NCBI GenBank assembly: GCA_002104945.1 | Contig: MCFH01000030.1 | Coordinates: 496,001-560,000 of the forward strand | Direction of reading: 5' to 3' | Source of the DNA: Piromyces finnis finn | Taxonomy: Eukaryota > Fungi > Neocallimastigomycota | Length of the DNA: 64,000 nt | Shown: positions 37,429 to 53,676 of the stretch, in pieces | Layout of the letters: each line of letters starts with the position of its first letter | How positions within the stretch are numbered: the stretch's first letter is position 1 | The notes under the pieces: model-generated | Database searches by the model: none | What the model saw: the letters and a program-made list of their open reading frames with translations, nothing else | What the model was told of the DNA's origin: nothing | Position numbers and translations under genes: made by a program

Positions 37429-39519
37429 TTTAAAATAAATTTTTATTAAATGTTTATTTCAATTGATATTGTTATTGTATTTTGAAAGATTAATACATTG
37501 GGTATGAATATAGAGTTATTTTTATTGCATTAGATAGTTATAAATTTATTTGTTGCAATATAAAAAGATTTTCTAGTACATATATATTTTCAAATTGAAC
37601 TAATTAAATAATTCAAAAATAATTATTTTTTTTTATTTATTACTGTTACTATTAATATTCTTGTTATTTATTTAGATTTAAGATAAGTAATTTAAAATTT
37701 AAATCATTTTTTTTTCATTTAAAATCATTTTTTCAAAAGGAAAAAGAAAAAAAAAAAAAAAAAAAAAAAGAAAAAGAAAAAGAAAGGAAAGAAAAAACAA
37801 TTATTTTATTATGCTTGGTATAATTCATAAATTGAAATAAATAAAATTAATATACTATTGTTTTTATCTTTAATTACTATTAAATATCTGTTTATTCTTC
37901 ACTAAGAAATAAAATAAAGAAAAAAAAAATGTTATTAATTGCAATTAATTAATTAATTATAAAGAAATTTCTTTTTTTTTCCTTTTTTTTTTTTTTTGTA
38001 TAAATGAAAGAAAAAGATTTTCAAATATAAAAATATTTATATTTAATTTTATTATTAAATAAGGTTAATTATAGATTTTTTTAAAAAAAAGATTTTAAAT
38101 TTTTAAAATTATACATATTCAATAAGCATTAATCATTATTAATAAATGGTATATAAAAAAAGAAAGGAATATAAAAATAATATAAAATAAATAGAATAAA
38201 AATGAAAATAATAAAGATATAAATGATACTTTATAACTGTTATAAGAGAAATATGCTTTTTAAATATTATTTTCAAAATTTACATTATAATGCTATAAAT
38301 ATAAAACAAAGTTTAACACATACAATTATATTTTATAATCTAATCTTTTAATATTTTATTAAAAATTAGCCAATAAAATAAATTTAAAATATTAATTAAA
38401 AGAAACAAGAAAAGATGAAAATAACAAGTAAAAAATATATATATTTTTATATATAGAAATTGGTTCAATTTAGGTATAATATCATATATACTATAAAAAA
38501 TATGTTTATTAAATAAAATTAGTTAATAATGTAATTACTTTATATATATTTCATCCATAGAATTTCATAAATAAACAGTAATTACAGATCAGTCTTTTAA
38601 AATTTTGTATATCTTTCCCTTTTTTTTTTTTTTTTATTAAACTATAATATTTTTGTAGCTTTTCTAATAAATATAATTATATTTATCAATTTTAAACAAT
38701 TTTTAATAAACAGTTTATAACAATATTGTCATTATTATTATTATTTACATAAATTCAGGCATTTTAGTTAAATAAATATATAAAAGGCACGATTATATCT
38801 CAAATATGAAATATATTTTTATTTTAAATAAAGTATGAAATTATACCACAAAAAAGTAATTATTAAAAACTTTTATTAATTTTTTAATCTTTTTTTATTT
38901 TTTATTTTTTAACTATTATAATTAGTATTTTATTTTATTTTTTATTAAAATGAAGTTATTTAAAGGGTCATGAATCTGTTTTTTTTTTTTTTTTTTTGGT
39001 GGTTTATCCCACTTAATAGAATGAAAATCTTTATTCATTTATTTGAAAAAATTTAATTCAAATTTAAGGGTTAAAATTTAAAAAAATTGTTAAATAAATT
39101 TTAAGACTTATTAAAAATTATTATTATTTGGGAAGGAAGGTAAAATCATTTCATCAAAGAAAATTTAATGAAACAAGAAGAACATTATTTTTGAAATATA
39201 ATAACAAACTATATTGCTATTTTTAATGTATATAAAATTAAATAAACATTTGATATTAGTAAAAATCTAAAAGAAAAGTAATTAATTAATAAATCCCAGA
39301 AATACATTTCATTATATATTATTTCATTTTAGTTATGAAATTGGATAAATAAGTCGTAATTTTATTTCTTTATTATTAATAAATATTTATTCAGTAATAA
39401 TCCAACAATAGCAACAACAACAACAATAATAATTGCAGAAATAGATTTTTGTTTTACTTGAATTTTAATAATAATTATTCTATTAAACATCGTATAACGA
39501 GAAAAAAAAAGATAAAAAA

Positions 39520-41470
39520 ATGAGTATATTAGAACAAAGCAAAGTTAAGAATTCTACAAAATCAAGAAAAAGACTTGTGAGAAAACGTTCAGTATGGGAA
39601 AATCTTTATCATTCCCCACAAGATTGGTTTATGCAAATAGAAGAAGAATATGAAGGTATTACTCATCCGTCATCATTCATATACATTATTTTAAAATTTT
39701 TAATATTAAAAAGAGGATTAATAAAAATTTATTATTTTTTTTATTTAATTAATACAATAATTAATTAAAAAAATAATTTCACTTTCCATAATTAAAGCAT
39801 TGAATTGGGATAAAATACAAAAAATTTTTAGTATTCCATTTGGAATTTCATTAAATTTTTTATATATTCTAATAAAAATTAATAGTAAAGTTGATTGGGG
39901 AGATGATATTCAAATATCTCAAGGATATTCCTCTCTTGAATTACTTCAATTTACTCTATTTTTTATTTGTATATTTAATGCATTATATTTATTTACTCGT
40001 AAAAAACAATATCAAATAAGAAATGCTGATGAAAAGGTTTTTTTTTTTTTTTAAAAAAAATTTTTTTTTTCAAGAACTCATATATATTTATATAATTACT
40101 TATTTTAAAATGATTAATAAATGCCATTTCTTTCTTTCTTTCTTTTTTTTTTCTTTTCTTTTTTTCATTTTGATATATAATTGCAAAAGTTTCCACCAAC
40201 AGGCTCTCATATCAAATTTGTTTCAGAAAATGAAGATGAAATTGAATTACCGAAACAACAGTCATTTTTGTAAGAAATATATATATATAACAAAATTGTA
40301 TTAAATTATAATAAAATAAGTGAATTTTATTATATTCGTAAAGGATATTATTATTAACAATTATATATAAAAATATAGTTCATGGTTGAAATCATTATTC
40401 ATTATACCAAATAAAAAAGATGATCCTAATACTCCACATATTTTTATATTAACAACATGGTTTCCTCCAATTTTCTCTTTATATTTATTTTGGTAAATAT
40501 ATTTAACTTTTTTTAGTAAAAAAATAATAACAGAAATATAACAATACAAATAATATAATTATATCAAATTAAATATAATATAATGCTTGTTTAGTAAATA
40601 AAAAGTTTCTTATTTATTTTATTATTTAATAAATTAGTTTTTTTTCACCAGCCCATTTTGGAATATTATATTTAATGGATGCTAATAATTGGCAATATAT
40701 TATATTTATAGTTTTATTACTTTCATTTATGGTTAGTAATTATTCCTTTTTAAAAGTTTCCTTAGTATATTTATATTATAAAAAATAGTTTCTTAATTAT
40801 ATCAAAAACTATTAAATTATTTAATAGATGTTCTATACAGTTCATTGTTTTATGGGTTTAATTAAAGATAAACAAGTAATAACTGAGCAAGTTTATAAGT
40901 GAGTAAAACATTATGTTATTAAAATCAAATATATTTCTACTTCATTAACATTAAGTATTTTTTTTTTTTTATGTATATATAATATATATTCGTAGTGAAT
41001 ATAATTTAAAATTTGTAAATAAAATGTTTATACCAACTACAGATTCTGCAGTAGAAACTACAAATTTTTTTGATAATGATGACGATGAGGAGTCTCCGTA
41101 ATTACTTTCAATTTATATTTATTAACAATATTATAAATATAATTAATAATTAATAATAATATAATAATGAATAATTTAAATTTCTCATTAAATAATTTTT
41201 TTTACATCATTAGATTTTTAAATGCAAGTTCTAGTATTAGTAGAAGTAAGCCGATTTATTAAAAAATATAATTTAAATTTTATTTTTAATTTTAATGTCT
41301 ATTTACAAATAATATATAATATATATTGTAGGAGATGCTAGAAATAAATTTGATCAGTAAGAGAAGAACAAATTATAACTATTTTGTCAATAACAATTCC
41401 ATTTTAACTTATTTATAAATTATTTTTTTTTTATAGACAACTTTATCAAAGACCGATAGCTAATCATTAA
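39520..41470 (+). CDS. NUR1: Nuclear rim protein Nur1/Mug154 family, multi-exon
   Basis: N-terminal RLVRKRSVWENL, LNWD after an AG acceptor, two TM segments, FFSPAHFGILYL (40.64 kb) and LIKDKQVITEQVY (40.86 kb). Several GT-AG introns; final stop at about 41470. Internal exon boundaries are approximate. Confidence 0.75.
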
Positions 41471-41987
41471 TATACACAATAAAACTAATATAAATTTTAT
41501 ATAATAATAATAGTAATATTTAATAACTCATTTTTATAATTATTTTTATACCATATTTTTTCATCTGAAAAATATTCATAAAATCTTTTTCATTATTTAT
41601 TTGTTAAATATATATTATTTCTTTATTTATAAGATGGATTAATTCATTACAATAGATATAAATAATAATTCTTAGAAATAAAAGCTACAAAAAAAGAAAA
41701 GAATTAATAAAATATTTTATATTACTATTTTTTCTTTTTCTTTTTTTTTTTTTTTTTAATATTTAATTTTCATAAATAAAGATTTTTATTTTTTAAATAA
41801 TTATTCCCTCCTATTTTATTTTAAAATTTTGTGCTGAGAATATGGGTTAAATGATAATATAATATAAAAACTCATTTGTATTTTTCATTTATTTAAATAT
41901 TAAAAATTTAAATTATATATTTAAATATACTATTAAAAATTATTTTAAAATTATTCTTGATATAATTGGAATTAAATAATTGTTATA

Positions 41988-44169
41988 ATGAAAAATAATC
42001 CAACAAATCGTCAAATTAAAGTAAATAGAAATTTATACAATCCAAAATTTGAAGGATATAAATTAAATTTAAATACAGATATTCAAATCATACATCATAA
42101 TCTTCCATCTAAAGTAGATGTTAATTGCATTAAAACCTATTCTCATACTCCATATAAAATTATTGAAGCTAGAAATAGGTTAAATTTCGTTTTTCAAAAT
42201 CCTTGGTATTCTTATAGCTTTTTTTATATTGACGAATCGTATTCTTTAATTTATATTTTAATAGATGAAGTATGAATATTTATAATAATATAAAATTTAT
42301 TTATAATAATGTAAAATTAAAATTAGATTTCATAATATAAATCAAATTCCAAAATAAGAATTAGATTTCAAATCAAATTTCAATTTTTATGAGTTTGTCC
42401 AATTAATTATTATAATCTTAAAATTTTTATTCTAGGTAACTTTTGAAGCAACCTATTATAATTTATTCCAAATTGAAGAACCAGCTGATGAAGATAAAAA
42501 TGAATATCCAACCGTTGTATTCGTTAATGAAAATTTATTAGTATTATCAGATGGAGCTTTCAATGGTAAAATTTACGTTTTAAATTTTAATAATGAAAAT
42601 AAAGTAGTCACTATTAAAACAATAATATCCAAAAGGAAGCTTTTAGAAGAAAATAATTTTTATGAGCAAAATGTATATCCAGTCAATTTGATGTATGCTA
42701 AACTTTCTTGTGATAAACAAAAAATATATATTTTGGGATATACTTATAATAGTAGTAGTATTATTAGCAATCTTACTACATTTAATAAAAGTAAAAAGAC
42801 AAAATTAGAATTTTATGTTTCATTATGTGAGATTACAATAGGTAGTAGTAGTATTGATATAGATAGTGGAAATACAATTTCATCAAATCTTAAATTAATA
42901 TCTGCAACTAAATGTAATAATTCACCAACTTATGGTTCAATTGAAGATTATATCACCGAAACAGTTGAATCTAGCTCAAAGACAAATATCGATATTATTA
43001 ATGAAGGTAATTATATGATAGTAAGTGAAAACGATGCCTTCCAAGAATACATCTCAATAGTTAATAATGATGAAAAAGATAAAAAGGTAGATAATGAAAA
43101 TCTTTCTAATAAAGAATCAATGATTATTGAAAAACAAGATAAGCAACTTCAAAACCAGATACCAAAGCATACTACTCTTTATAAATGGTATCAAGAAATG
43201 GATGATATTACTCTTTATTTCCATCTTTTTGAATTGGAAAAGAATCGTGTACAATGTAAATTTACTAAAAATAAGATTATATTAAATGTTTTAAATAGAA
43301 ATAATGAAATTATAGAAATCTTTAATGATGAATTATGGGACGAAGTAATACCTGAAGAATGTGTTTGGACAATAGAAAGGAGTAGAAACAAAAGTGGAAG
43401 TATAATAACTCTCCATTTAGAAAAAAAAAATCAAGTACGTTGGATTCAAATGTTTAAAGAAGATGATCATGTTTTAGAAACTGTAGATCCTTCAGAATTA
43501 GCTAATATTAAAGAACGTCTTTTAATGTTTACTGGTAATGATGATGAAGATCAAGGTCTTTATCCAAAAATTAATAGTATTCAACAAACCGAAGAATGTG
43601 ATATGGAGAAATCACCTATTAGTTTTGTTCGTTTGTCTAAAGCTGGCCATATTACTGATATCAATCAAGGCTCTGGATTTGAATGGCTTTGTACGAGTTT
43701 CCCAACTTTGGATTCTCCATATTTTATGTCTGACAATGACAATTGTGTTACTAATTCACAAGAACCTTCAGTTGTTAGTTATCTTTGTCTTAAACAAGAC
43801 GTTGATGGTATTATTTTAAAGCCTGAAGATCATCTCAAAATGAATCATTGTGCTGTATTTAATGCTTTTGGATTTGTAGAAGCTAGTAAGCGTAATAAAA
43901 AATTTGCCTATATTTCTAATGATTTTGAATATGCTTTAATTTCAGAAACTTCAAAATTAGTATATGTGTATGGTCAACCTACTGATGAAGAAGCTAAACG
44001 TAATTCCGCTTCTCAATATCTTATTGATGTATCTAATCCAGATTCCCAAGTTATAACAGATGAAGATCAAAAAGAAGAATTAATTCATGGAATAGCTCAG
44101 CTTGATCGTCATACTTTTATGGTTTTAAAAAGAAGTTCTTTTTGTATTTTCTTCATAAGAAATGAATAA
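41988..44169 (+). CDS. NUDCD1: NudC domain-containing protein 1; 2 exons (41988-42269, 42436-44169), about 671 aa
   Basis: N-terminal NRNLYNPKFEGYKL, CS domain YKWYQEMDDITLYF...DELWDEVIPEECVWTI...LEKK...W, and C-terminal HCAVFNAFGFVEASKRNKKF. The splice sites keep the frame. Confidence 0.9.
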
Positions 44170-45285
44170 TTATTAACTTTATCAATATTAAAATGATGTT
44201 AGAAAACAACAACATCAACAATAATAACAACAACAGAATATAGTAGTTAATAATATAGCATTAGATTTAAATACATAAGTAAATATATAAATAATTTATA
44301 ATTGTAACTATTTATTAATCGTTTTTAAATTATGGTATTAATAAAAATTTTTATTTTACTTTTTTTTTAATTACTACGGAATAAAAAACATATTTCTTAT
44401 CTTAAATATTATTTAAAAGCAAAATTATATATATGTTTTGAATAAATTTTTTTTTTATTTATTGATTGATTTTATAACTATTTTTGTAGTATAATATATA
44501 CTCAAAGAATTTCATATTATATAAAAGTATAAAAGTTTAAAAAATTTTTTTTCTCATAATAAAGAAATAATAATAAATTTAAATCAAAAATAATAATAAT
44601 AAAAAAAAATTATTGGCTACAAAATCAATTTAAAATTTTAATATAAACATTATCAACATTAAAAATTTATAAAATAGAAAGTATAAAATAAAGAATTAAA
44701 TAGTTATTATAATTGAATAGTTATTATAGCAGTAAACCTAAATATTAGACTAAATATTAATAAAAACATTGAAAGAAAAAGCATAAAGAATATTATAGAA
44801 TTCATATTGAGTTATTAAATATAAATAATAATGTATTTATTTTTTAAAGGTATATTGATTCTCTAATTTCAATATTAATTACCGAAATCGAGAATGTTTT
44901 AAATTATTGATAGCTATTTTATTGTTTACAAAGGTATTCCATATATATTTAAGTAACATATACATATAAAATCCTAAAGTATTTTTTTTATATCATTTTA
45001 AAAGTAAATATTTTTTTTTAATATATTTTTTTTTATATACTTTGATGATAATTAAATTTTGTAAATTATCATATTTTTAAAAGTTAACATTATTTATTCA
45101 GAAAGAGTAAGTAATAAATATAAGTTTCTTCTTTCTTTCGTTAAAAATAAAGAAAACCCAGTAAATATCCTTGCCTTTTATTAAATAAAATAAAAAGAAA
45201 AAAAAAAACATTTTATTAAAGAAAGCCAATTTTTTCTTTGTTACTTTAAAAACATTTCTATATAAATAGTAATATAAATTTCGAA

Positions 45286-48200
45286 ATGCATTTTCAATTA
45301 AATAGAGCGTATTCTCAATATGACTATACTTTTAAGGCATTCGATCCATTTTCTCAATTATCTCCTACAAATATAACACCATTAGACCAAAATGAAGAAC
45401 GAGACCTTTCTACTTTTATATATGATAATCCCAATGGTTATCCAATTCCTGCTACTATACCTGGAAATAAAATGACAGCTTTCAATATGAAATTTTCGAG
45501 GGTTGCTTTTTTAAAATACTTAAAATCACGAAGATTTAGAAATAATTTTAAGGCTTCACTTGCTTTTACATTAGCTTCCTTATTTACTTTTATTACACCA
45601 TTAGCTAAATATTTTGGTGTTTCAAATATTTTTGTTCCTATTACTTTAATTTATGCAGATATGCGGTTTACTGTCGGGGGTTTAATTAATAATTTTTTCT
45701 TTATCAATGTATTTCTTTTTGCAAATTGCTTATGTTCAGCATTAGGTAAGACATATTCAAGACGTTATATAAAAGTTTGTAAAGCTAATAAAAATCAATA
45801 ATTAAAAAAAAAAATTATTTTGGCATCTATTTTATCATTTTTATATAAATATAGGAACTTTTATTACTCAAAATAAGCCATTTTTTCTATGTATTTATAT
45901 TTTCTGTAAGCATATATTTAATCAAAATTAATAAGAGTATATATTTATAGTTAATCGATATAATATTAAATTATCAAAAATATGCTTTTTTTTTTTTTTT
46001 TTTAATAATATTTTAAATAATTTTGTACAATCATATATCTATCTTATTTATAAATATGCTAATTAGTTTATTCAGTAATTGTATCTATTATTTATGGTAT
46101 AGTATTAAATAAATAAATAAATAATAATGATAATGATAAAAGAATAATTCCATTTTTATAAGTAAATAAAAATTTCATTATTAATAATTTTATTAAAATA
46201 AATATTTCAATAAAATTTTAGGAAAGTATCAAAGATTATATGGTGCTTATTTCATTGGTGCAATGCTCTTTTATAATTCTATTATGAATAGTTATAAAAA
46301 TAACAAATTAGATTCAGAATATTTATTAAAATCATATTTTGGTTTTGTTATTGGTGGTATTATATTTTTCTTGATGGGAATTATTGTATTTCCATATCGT
46401 GCATTTGGTATTTTAAGAAAGCAGGTAGATAATAAATAAATAAATAAATAAATATATAAATAAATATATATATATTTATATATATATAAACTAATAAAAA
46501 AATATAAATAAAGTTAATATAATAAAAAAAATAAAGAAATCATACTGTAATTATACAATTATATTAAATATTTAAAACTATAAAATATTTGAATTTTGAT
46601 AGATAGCAAATTCTTTAGATAATATAGGTTATTTATTAACAATTGTGTTAACAAATCTTATTAAGGATCCAAATGAAGCTTTAACATCTGAAGTTAAAGA
46701 AAGTATAAGAACTCAAATTATGGCAGTTCGTTTTAATTTTACAGTGTTATTAGGATTATTAAAAGAATGTCGTTTAGAATTTGATTATAACTATTTTCAT
46801 TATAAAGATTATAAATATTTGATTAATACATTGACTGATTTATTGGGTCATTTGTCATCGATGGCTTCTTGTATTCGTATTAAATCAGCAAAATATGAAA
46901 AACCACCTTCAATTAATGAAAATGAACAGAATTTTGAGGAACCCATTTTAGATTATTTTGATAATCAAGATACTATTAATGGATTTAAAGAAATATTAAA
47001 TCTTACAAATAATTTTAAAAAATATAGAGCAAACGCTAAAACTGTAGAACAAGAAATTTCCTATATTCATGATATTAAAGATCAAATTGAAGAAATTTTA
47101 AAAGAAAGTTGTTCCATGTTAATTAAACTTTCTTATATGTTTAATCATAATCTTAATGAAAAGAACAAAGAAGATGATGAATCATTATTTTCTGATATTC
47201 GAGCTAATTGGGAAGAAATCCAAGTAGTACAGAAGAAAATGGTTCATAACCTTTTTGCTAATAATACCTTATTCAAAAATGTTCATTTTCATAATAATAT
47301 AAATGAAAACTTTAATAGTGAATTGGACCAAATAGAAGCTAATAATTTTTTAATGAATTTCTTATTTATGTAGGTTTATTTAAAATATAAAACAAATCAA
47401 AACAAAATATGGAAATATTTATTTTATTTTATTTTATTTTATTTTTTTATAGTATCAAAGTTAATTTATTTTTAACAAATTATATTTAAGTAATAATTTA
47501 CTAATTTTATTTTAATATATATATATATATATATATATACAATATATAAATATAATAATTTATAATATTTATTATGACTTATAGTTTTAGTCTTTCCAAG
47601 TTTCTTGAATTACTATGTGATTTCCAAAATCAAGTTAGAACCCTGAATAAAAAAGGAAAGTTGTTTCATATTCCTAAATGGAAGAAGAAACCTACTAGTT
47701 TGGGAAATGCCAGTTCTACACATATCAATTCTAGAGAATCATTAAATGAAATTAGAACTGTAAATCGGAATGAGAGTAGTCATTCTTTTAATACTCCAAT
47801 ATTTGAAAAAAAAGAAACTATTCATTATAGCATTTATGAATATATTTTACGTAAAATATGGGAATTTAGTACATTCTTTAGAAACCCTATCATTCGTTTT
47901 GGTTTAAAGGTTGGTATTATGATCGTTCTATTTACACTTTTAGCCTTTTTCGATTCAACTCATGAATGGTATTATAATTGGCATGGACAATGGACAGTTA
48001 TTACAGTATGTAAAAAATTTTATTTTTATTATATAATAGTTAAATAAATAAAAAAAAAATAGAACAACATAGCAGCAACAATAATTATAACCCAAAAATA
48101 AATATATAAAAAATAAATACTTAAACAGTATATTAAATACATATTTTTTTCTTGATACTTATTACTAATATATTAATAAAAATAATATTTTAGGTATTTG

Positions 48201-49305
48201 CTGTTGCAGCACCAACATATGCTGGAGAATTAGTTAATTGTATTTTCCGTTCTTTTGGTACATTTCTTGGTGGATTAATTGCTGTTTTATCTTGGGAGAT
48301 TTGTAGAGGAAATCCATATATTCTATGTGTGATTGGGTTTCTGTTATCTTTTGTCATGAATCATTTAAAGGATCATCCTATAGAGTAAATAATAATATTT
48401 TAAGATATATATAATTTTTATATCAATATATAAAGTATATATAGTAATAGTATCATAATTTTTTTTAATATAGTTCTGCTAAATTAGGAAATGTTACTTC
48501 TACTACATTTGTTATTGTTCTTTTTGGTCAATATGGTACAAAACTTCTTGAACCAGAGAATATGGAAAATATATGGCTAGTTGGTATAAAACGTGTTACG
48601 ATGGTTTTATTAGGTATTTTTATTGCTTTAATTATTGGTCGTTTGATTTGGCCGACATTAGCACGTATTGAATTAAGATATTCTTTAGCAACTGCCATGA
48701 ATAATTTAGGTATTCTTTATAATCAAATTATGACTAATTTAATGGCAAATACTACCAAAAATGATAAAAACAATCTAAAAATGGTGGTTAAAATTGAACG
48801 TAATATTCAACTTTTACTTATTCGTCAACGTGTTCTTCTTTCTATGTCAAGAAAGGAACCTCGTTTTCGTGGACCTTTTGAACCCAACAAATATCTTTCA
48901 ATGATTCGATCCTCCCAATTTATTTTAGATCTTTTAAGATCTACTCGTGTATTTGTTGAAAATTTCAAAAACTATACTATTCCAAATGAATCCTTTCTTT
49001 ATTATACATGGGATGATATTGATTGTCAAGATTTAATTACAAATGTAACTCTATGTTTCTATCTTTATTCTGCAGCAATCCAAATGCGTAAGCCTTTACC
49101 TTGCTACCTTCCAAATCCAGAAAACCCCAATAAACGTCTTAACCATAAAATTTTAATGAAACTTCAAACAGAAACTGATGCTGATCTTTATGAATTTTGG
49201 ATTGGATATTATGCTTTTAGTATGTGTATATCTGAAATCTTGAATGGTTTAAAATTAATTGAAATTTCCACTATTAGTCTTTTTGGACAAGAATTATTAA
49301 TGTAA
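45286..49305 (+). CDS. Aromatic acid exporter/FUSC/ALMT-like membrane transporter, multi-exon
   Basis: Duplicated membrane blocks: FKASLAFTLASLFTF...TVGG, RFGLKVG...WYYNWHGQWTVITV, PTYAG...RSFGTFLGG, and RVTMVLLGIFIALIIGRLIWP...ELR. Helical cytosolic regions lie between them, with GT-AG introns. Confidence 0.8.
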
Positions 49306-51888
49306 GATAAAAAAACGAAATAGTAATGCCATTAAACACTAATTATAAATAGATAGCCAAGTAAATAACCAAATGAACTAAATGAAATATACCAAAATAT
49401 TAATTTTTTTTATATGAAAATAATAGGTAATGAGGGGTTAAAACTGTATTAATTTATATAGATATTTATTTATTTATTTAATAATAATATTATTATTCAT
49501 AGTATCTCAAACACATATGCAGAAAAGAAAAAAGATTTTTTTTTTTAATATTTATTTTTATTTTTAAAATGTATTTATTTATATCAATATATTTATTTAT
49601 CCCTTGCAAATAGAATTAGAGTTTTTTTTATTATTTATATAATATCGAACATTAAGTAAATTATTATTCAATCCATTTTTTTTTAAATAAAAAACTTGAT
49701 TATTTTGTATTATTTATTATTTATATATTCGTTCATTTTTATTAGAAAATGAATATTATAAAAAAACAAACAAATAAACAAACAATTCAAATAAATAAAA
49801 TTACTATAAAATAGTATTTATCCTTGTAGATTATTAATATACATTTCTTTTTTTTTTTATTTTATTTTATTTATTTATTTTTTTTTTTTGTACTCTAACA
49901 AAAATAATGAATATGAATTATTTTTAAATATAATCATTTTTTTTTTTTAAAATATTGAATTTTTTAAAATATTGTTTTTTTTATAAAGTATTACAACTAA
50001 TGATAATTTTTTTTTAAAAAAAATATAAGACTAATAAAAAAGATAGATAGTTTTATTATTATTCTTTTTAAAAAATATTTAATTTTAGAAAAAAAAATAC
50101 TTTCTATATGATTATTAAAAAAGTAACCAAATATATGAGAAAGTTTAATTTTTTAATACTACATATTCCATTAATTTTAATAAACTTTAAATTTGAAACG
50201 AAACTTTAATATTTATTAAAAGTAAAATAATAATAAAAAAGAGTATTACAATTTATTTTAATAGACTTATAATGTCATTTTAAAAAAATAATAATAATAA
50301 AAATATAAAGCTAATACTTTGATAGTTTTTATTATATATCTTTTTAAATATATTCGAAGGTATACAATGTAAACACTTAGTTTTTTTTTTTTTTTATATA
50401 AAAATATAAAATACCTATATGAAATAAGTAATTAATAATTTATTTAGCCAATAAAAAATGTATAATTTTAATTAAAATATATTCTTTTTTTTTTTTTTTT
50501 TTTTTAAAACTCAGATGGACAAATTTTTATTTTCTAATAATGAATAAATGAATAGGTAAATAAATTTAAAAATTATATATTAAAATTTATATATAGTATT
50601 TTATAATATTATTCTCTTCATTAAGCTTAGTATAGAAGATACATTGTTTTATTTTTATTTAATAGAACGAGTGATATTATGGTATTATGCCATCATGTAG
50701 AGTGTAGAATTAATGTCATTTTTAGAATTTCTATGTAATTAGGCTTGATAATTGAAATGAAAAATGATATATAAACTCAGTATTTCATAAGCTTGATAAA
50801 AGAAAATTACTTAAGATAAAGGATAACTATGAGTCAGACTTAATGAAACTTCTTGGCTGCAGAAAAATAATTAATTAATTATATTTTATAATATAAATAT
50901 ACTAATTATTTATTAAGAAAAAAAAAATTCATTCCATAGTCATTTTGACGTATATAATTAAAGAAACCGTATTATATTTGAATCTATAAAAAATGCTGAT
51001 TATTATATTTATAAACTCTTTTATTATTATTATATGTTAGTGATTATGTATAATAAAAGCGTTATTATATTTAAGCTATTTTGTATTTTTTATAGCGATA
51101 AAAATAAACCAGAATTACTAAATACAATAGAAAAACTACAATTTTAAAATTTTATATATACTTTTTTTTTATTATTATTTTTTCCATAAACTTTTTTATT
51201 TCAATATATATTTTGGATAAATTATATGTATATATATATTTAAAACTATAAACTTTTTTATATTTTAATTAAATATTTATTTAAAGTTTTGTTATCAAAA
51301 TTCAAAATAAAATATATTTTTTTGTTCTTTTAAAACATTTAAACTCTCAACTTTTCTTTTCTTTTTTTTCTTTTATATAATTTCTATTAGAGTTTTTTTT
51401 TATTTTTAATAAATATTTATTATAATACTTTTAATTTCTTATTAATAGGTAAAAATCAAATTTATTTTTAATTGAAAATATTGCACTTAAAAATATTTGT
51501 ATTTATAACATATAGACCTTTTTTTTTTAAATGATTTAAATAATATAACATATTAAAACAATAATATTGATAAAACTTACCTATTATTTTATTTTATTAT
51601 AATTTATAAATTCAAAAAAATATTAATAATGTATTTTATAAAAAAAAAAATGAATTTTTAAAAATTATATATTAATTAATTTCAATAATAAATAAATGAT
51701 AAATAACAAAATATTGACAAAACACGTAATAATAATAATAATAAAATATAAATATGGAATATAATATACCATTAATGATAATGAATTCTGATTAATGAAA
51801 CTCAAAAAACGCGAAAAATAAACAAACAAATTATTGTATTCATGGTATTCAATATTTTTTTTTTTTTTTTTGTATGATAGAAAAAAAA

Positions 51889-52638
51889 ATGCCATACAAT
51901 ACTAAAATTCATGGAAAGAATCCATATAATGCTGGTGAAGTTGAAAAGAAAGAAGCATTGGTTTCTTCTACTAAACATTCTGCTAAATTTTCATTAGCTT
52001 CTCCAAATAAAAAAGCTAAATTAGATACTCCAGCCTCTCCATCTAAGAAGAGTAGAAAAAGAGAAGGTGATGAAATTGATAACGAATTAAAAAGTATGAA
52101 GAAGAAGGTAAATAATCAAATTAATGAATTAAATGGTATGAAGCCAAGTGAAATTACTCCAAAACCAAACTTTAGTAAATATCGTAAGCGTGGTGCTAAA
52201 AAAGTTGGAGGAAAAAAGGTTTCTAAGAAGTATAATGAACAAAAACGTAAGAATATTTTAAAGAATATTGATTCTAACAACTTAAAACATGTTAGATGTG
52301 TTGTTAATAGTGAAGTAAGTATATAAATATAATTATAAATTAATAGTTGGGATTAAAACAAAAATAAATGTAAAATTCTTGATAAAAAGGAATGAACAAA
52401 AAAAAAAGAAAAGAAAATAATTTAATATTATTATATTAAAGAACTTTTCATTTAAAAAGAGTAATTATTTAATTATGAAAAAAAGATTTAAACCTGTAGT
52501 AATATAAATATATATATTTTTTATATCGATAAATAGATTCTTAACAAAGGCTTATGTAAAACTATTAAATCCTTAGGTCCAGAAAAGATTAAGAATGTAT
52601 TAAAGAAGGGAAAAACTCAATCTAATGAAAAAAAGTAA
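51889..52638 (+). CDS. Lys-rich hypothetical protein; 2 exons (51889-52314, 52537-52638)
   Basis: Open coding-like exon, donor GAA|GTAAGT, acceptor AATAG|ATT, and an in-frame second exon ending at TAA. Basic NLS-like stretches; no family recognised. Confidence 0.65.
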
Positions 52639-53676
52639 AATGTATTAATACATAATTCTTGAAAAACAATTTCAATAGGACATAATCCTATATATTTTTT
52701 AAATATTTATTTTAAAAATGCAATAATGATATTATTGAAATAATTATTTAATAATTCATATTTTAAAATACAATCATATATTTTTATCACTTTTTTTTTA
52801 TAATACATTTTCATTTATTATTTTTTTTAATTTATGTTAAATGAATAATATAAACATAAAAAAGAAAAAAACAAAAATAAAATAAAATTTTATAAAGTAA
52901 TATTTTATATCCGTAACAGTCTCAATAAAATCTTTTGAAAAAAAAGTCATTAATAGAGATAAAGAGTTTATATTTTATTATCTCTATACATATTTGTTTT
53001 TTTTTTTTTTTTTATCCATTTAAAATAAATATATAGCTCATAGTTATAAATTATTATTTTCATTCATATTTATAAAAGAATGTTTTATTTTTATATTTCT
53101 ATTCCTTGGTAAATAATGATAATTACCATTTTTAAAGTAAAATAAGAGTTTAATATACTTTTTTTAAAATTGGTAATGGAATAATTAAATATTTAATTTA
53201 TTTTAATATTAAAAGATTGACATTAAAAAATATTTAAAATTATTATATATCCTATATCCTTACCTTTTTTTTTTTATTTTTTAAAAAAAATAAAAGAAAC
53301 CAAGCATTGGATAATTTTTATTAAAAGTCCTAAAAGTAAAAAAAAAAAAAAGAAAAACAAAATGTAAATAAAATAAATATAATTACTTTTAATTATATAA
53401 ATACTTGTAAAATGTATATCTTTAAGCAATGTATTTACAAATGAAAAAAAAAATATTTCTTTTATAAAAATATAATCATTTATTTTTTTTTTTTTTTATA
53501 AAAAATTATCTTTGTATGAATAAAAGAATATCATTTTTATTCTTTTTTTGGTTTCATATTAAACCTATTGTAATTTTCTATATATATATATAAAACAACG
53601 ATACTTGATTATATAATACTATATTAGTATAAAAATATTTACTCAACTAATTCTGTTTATAATAATAATAGTAAAA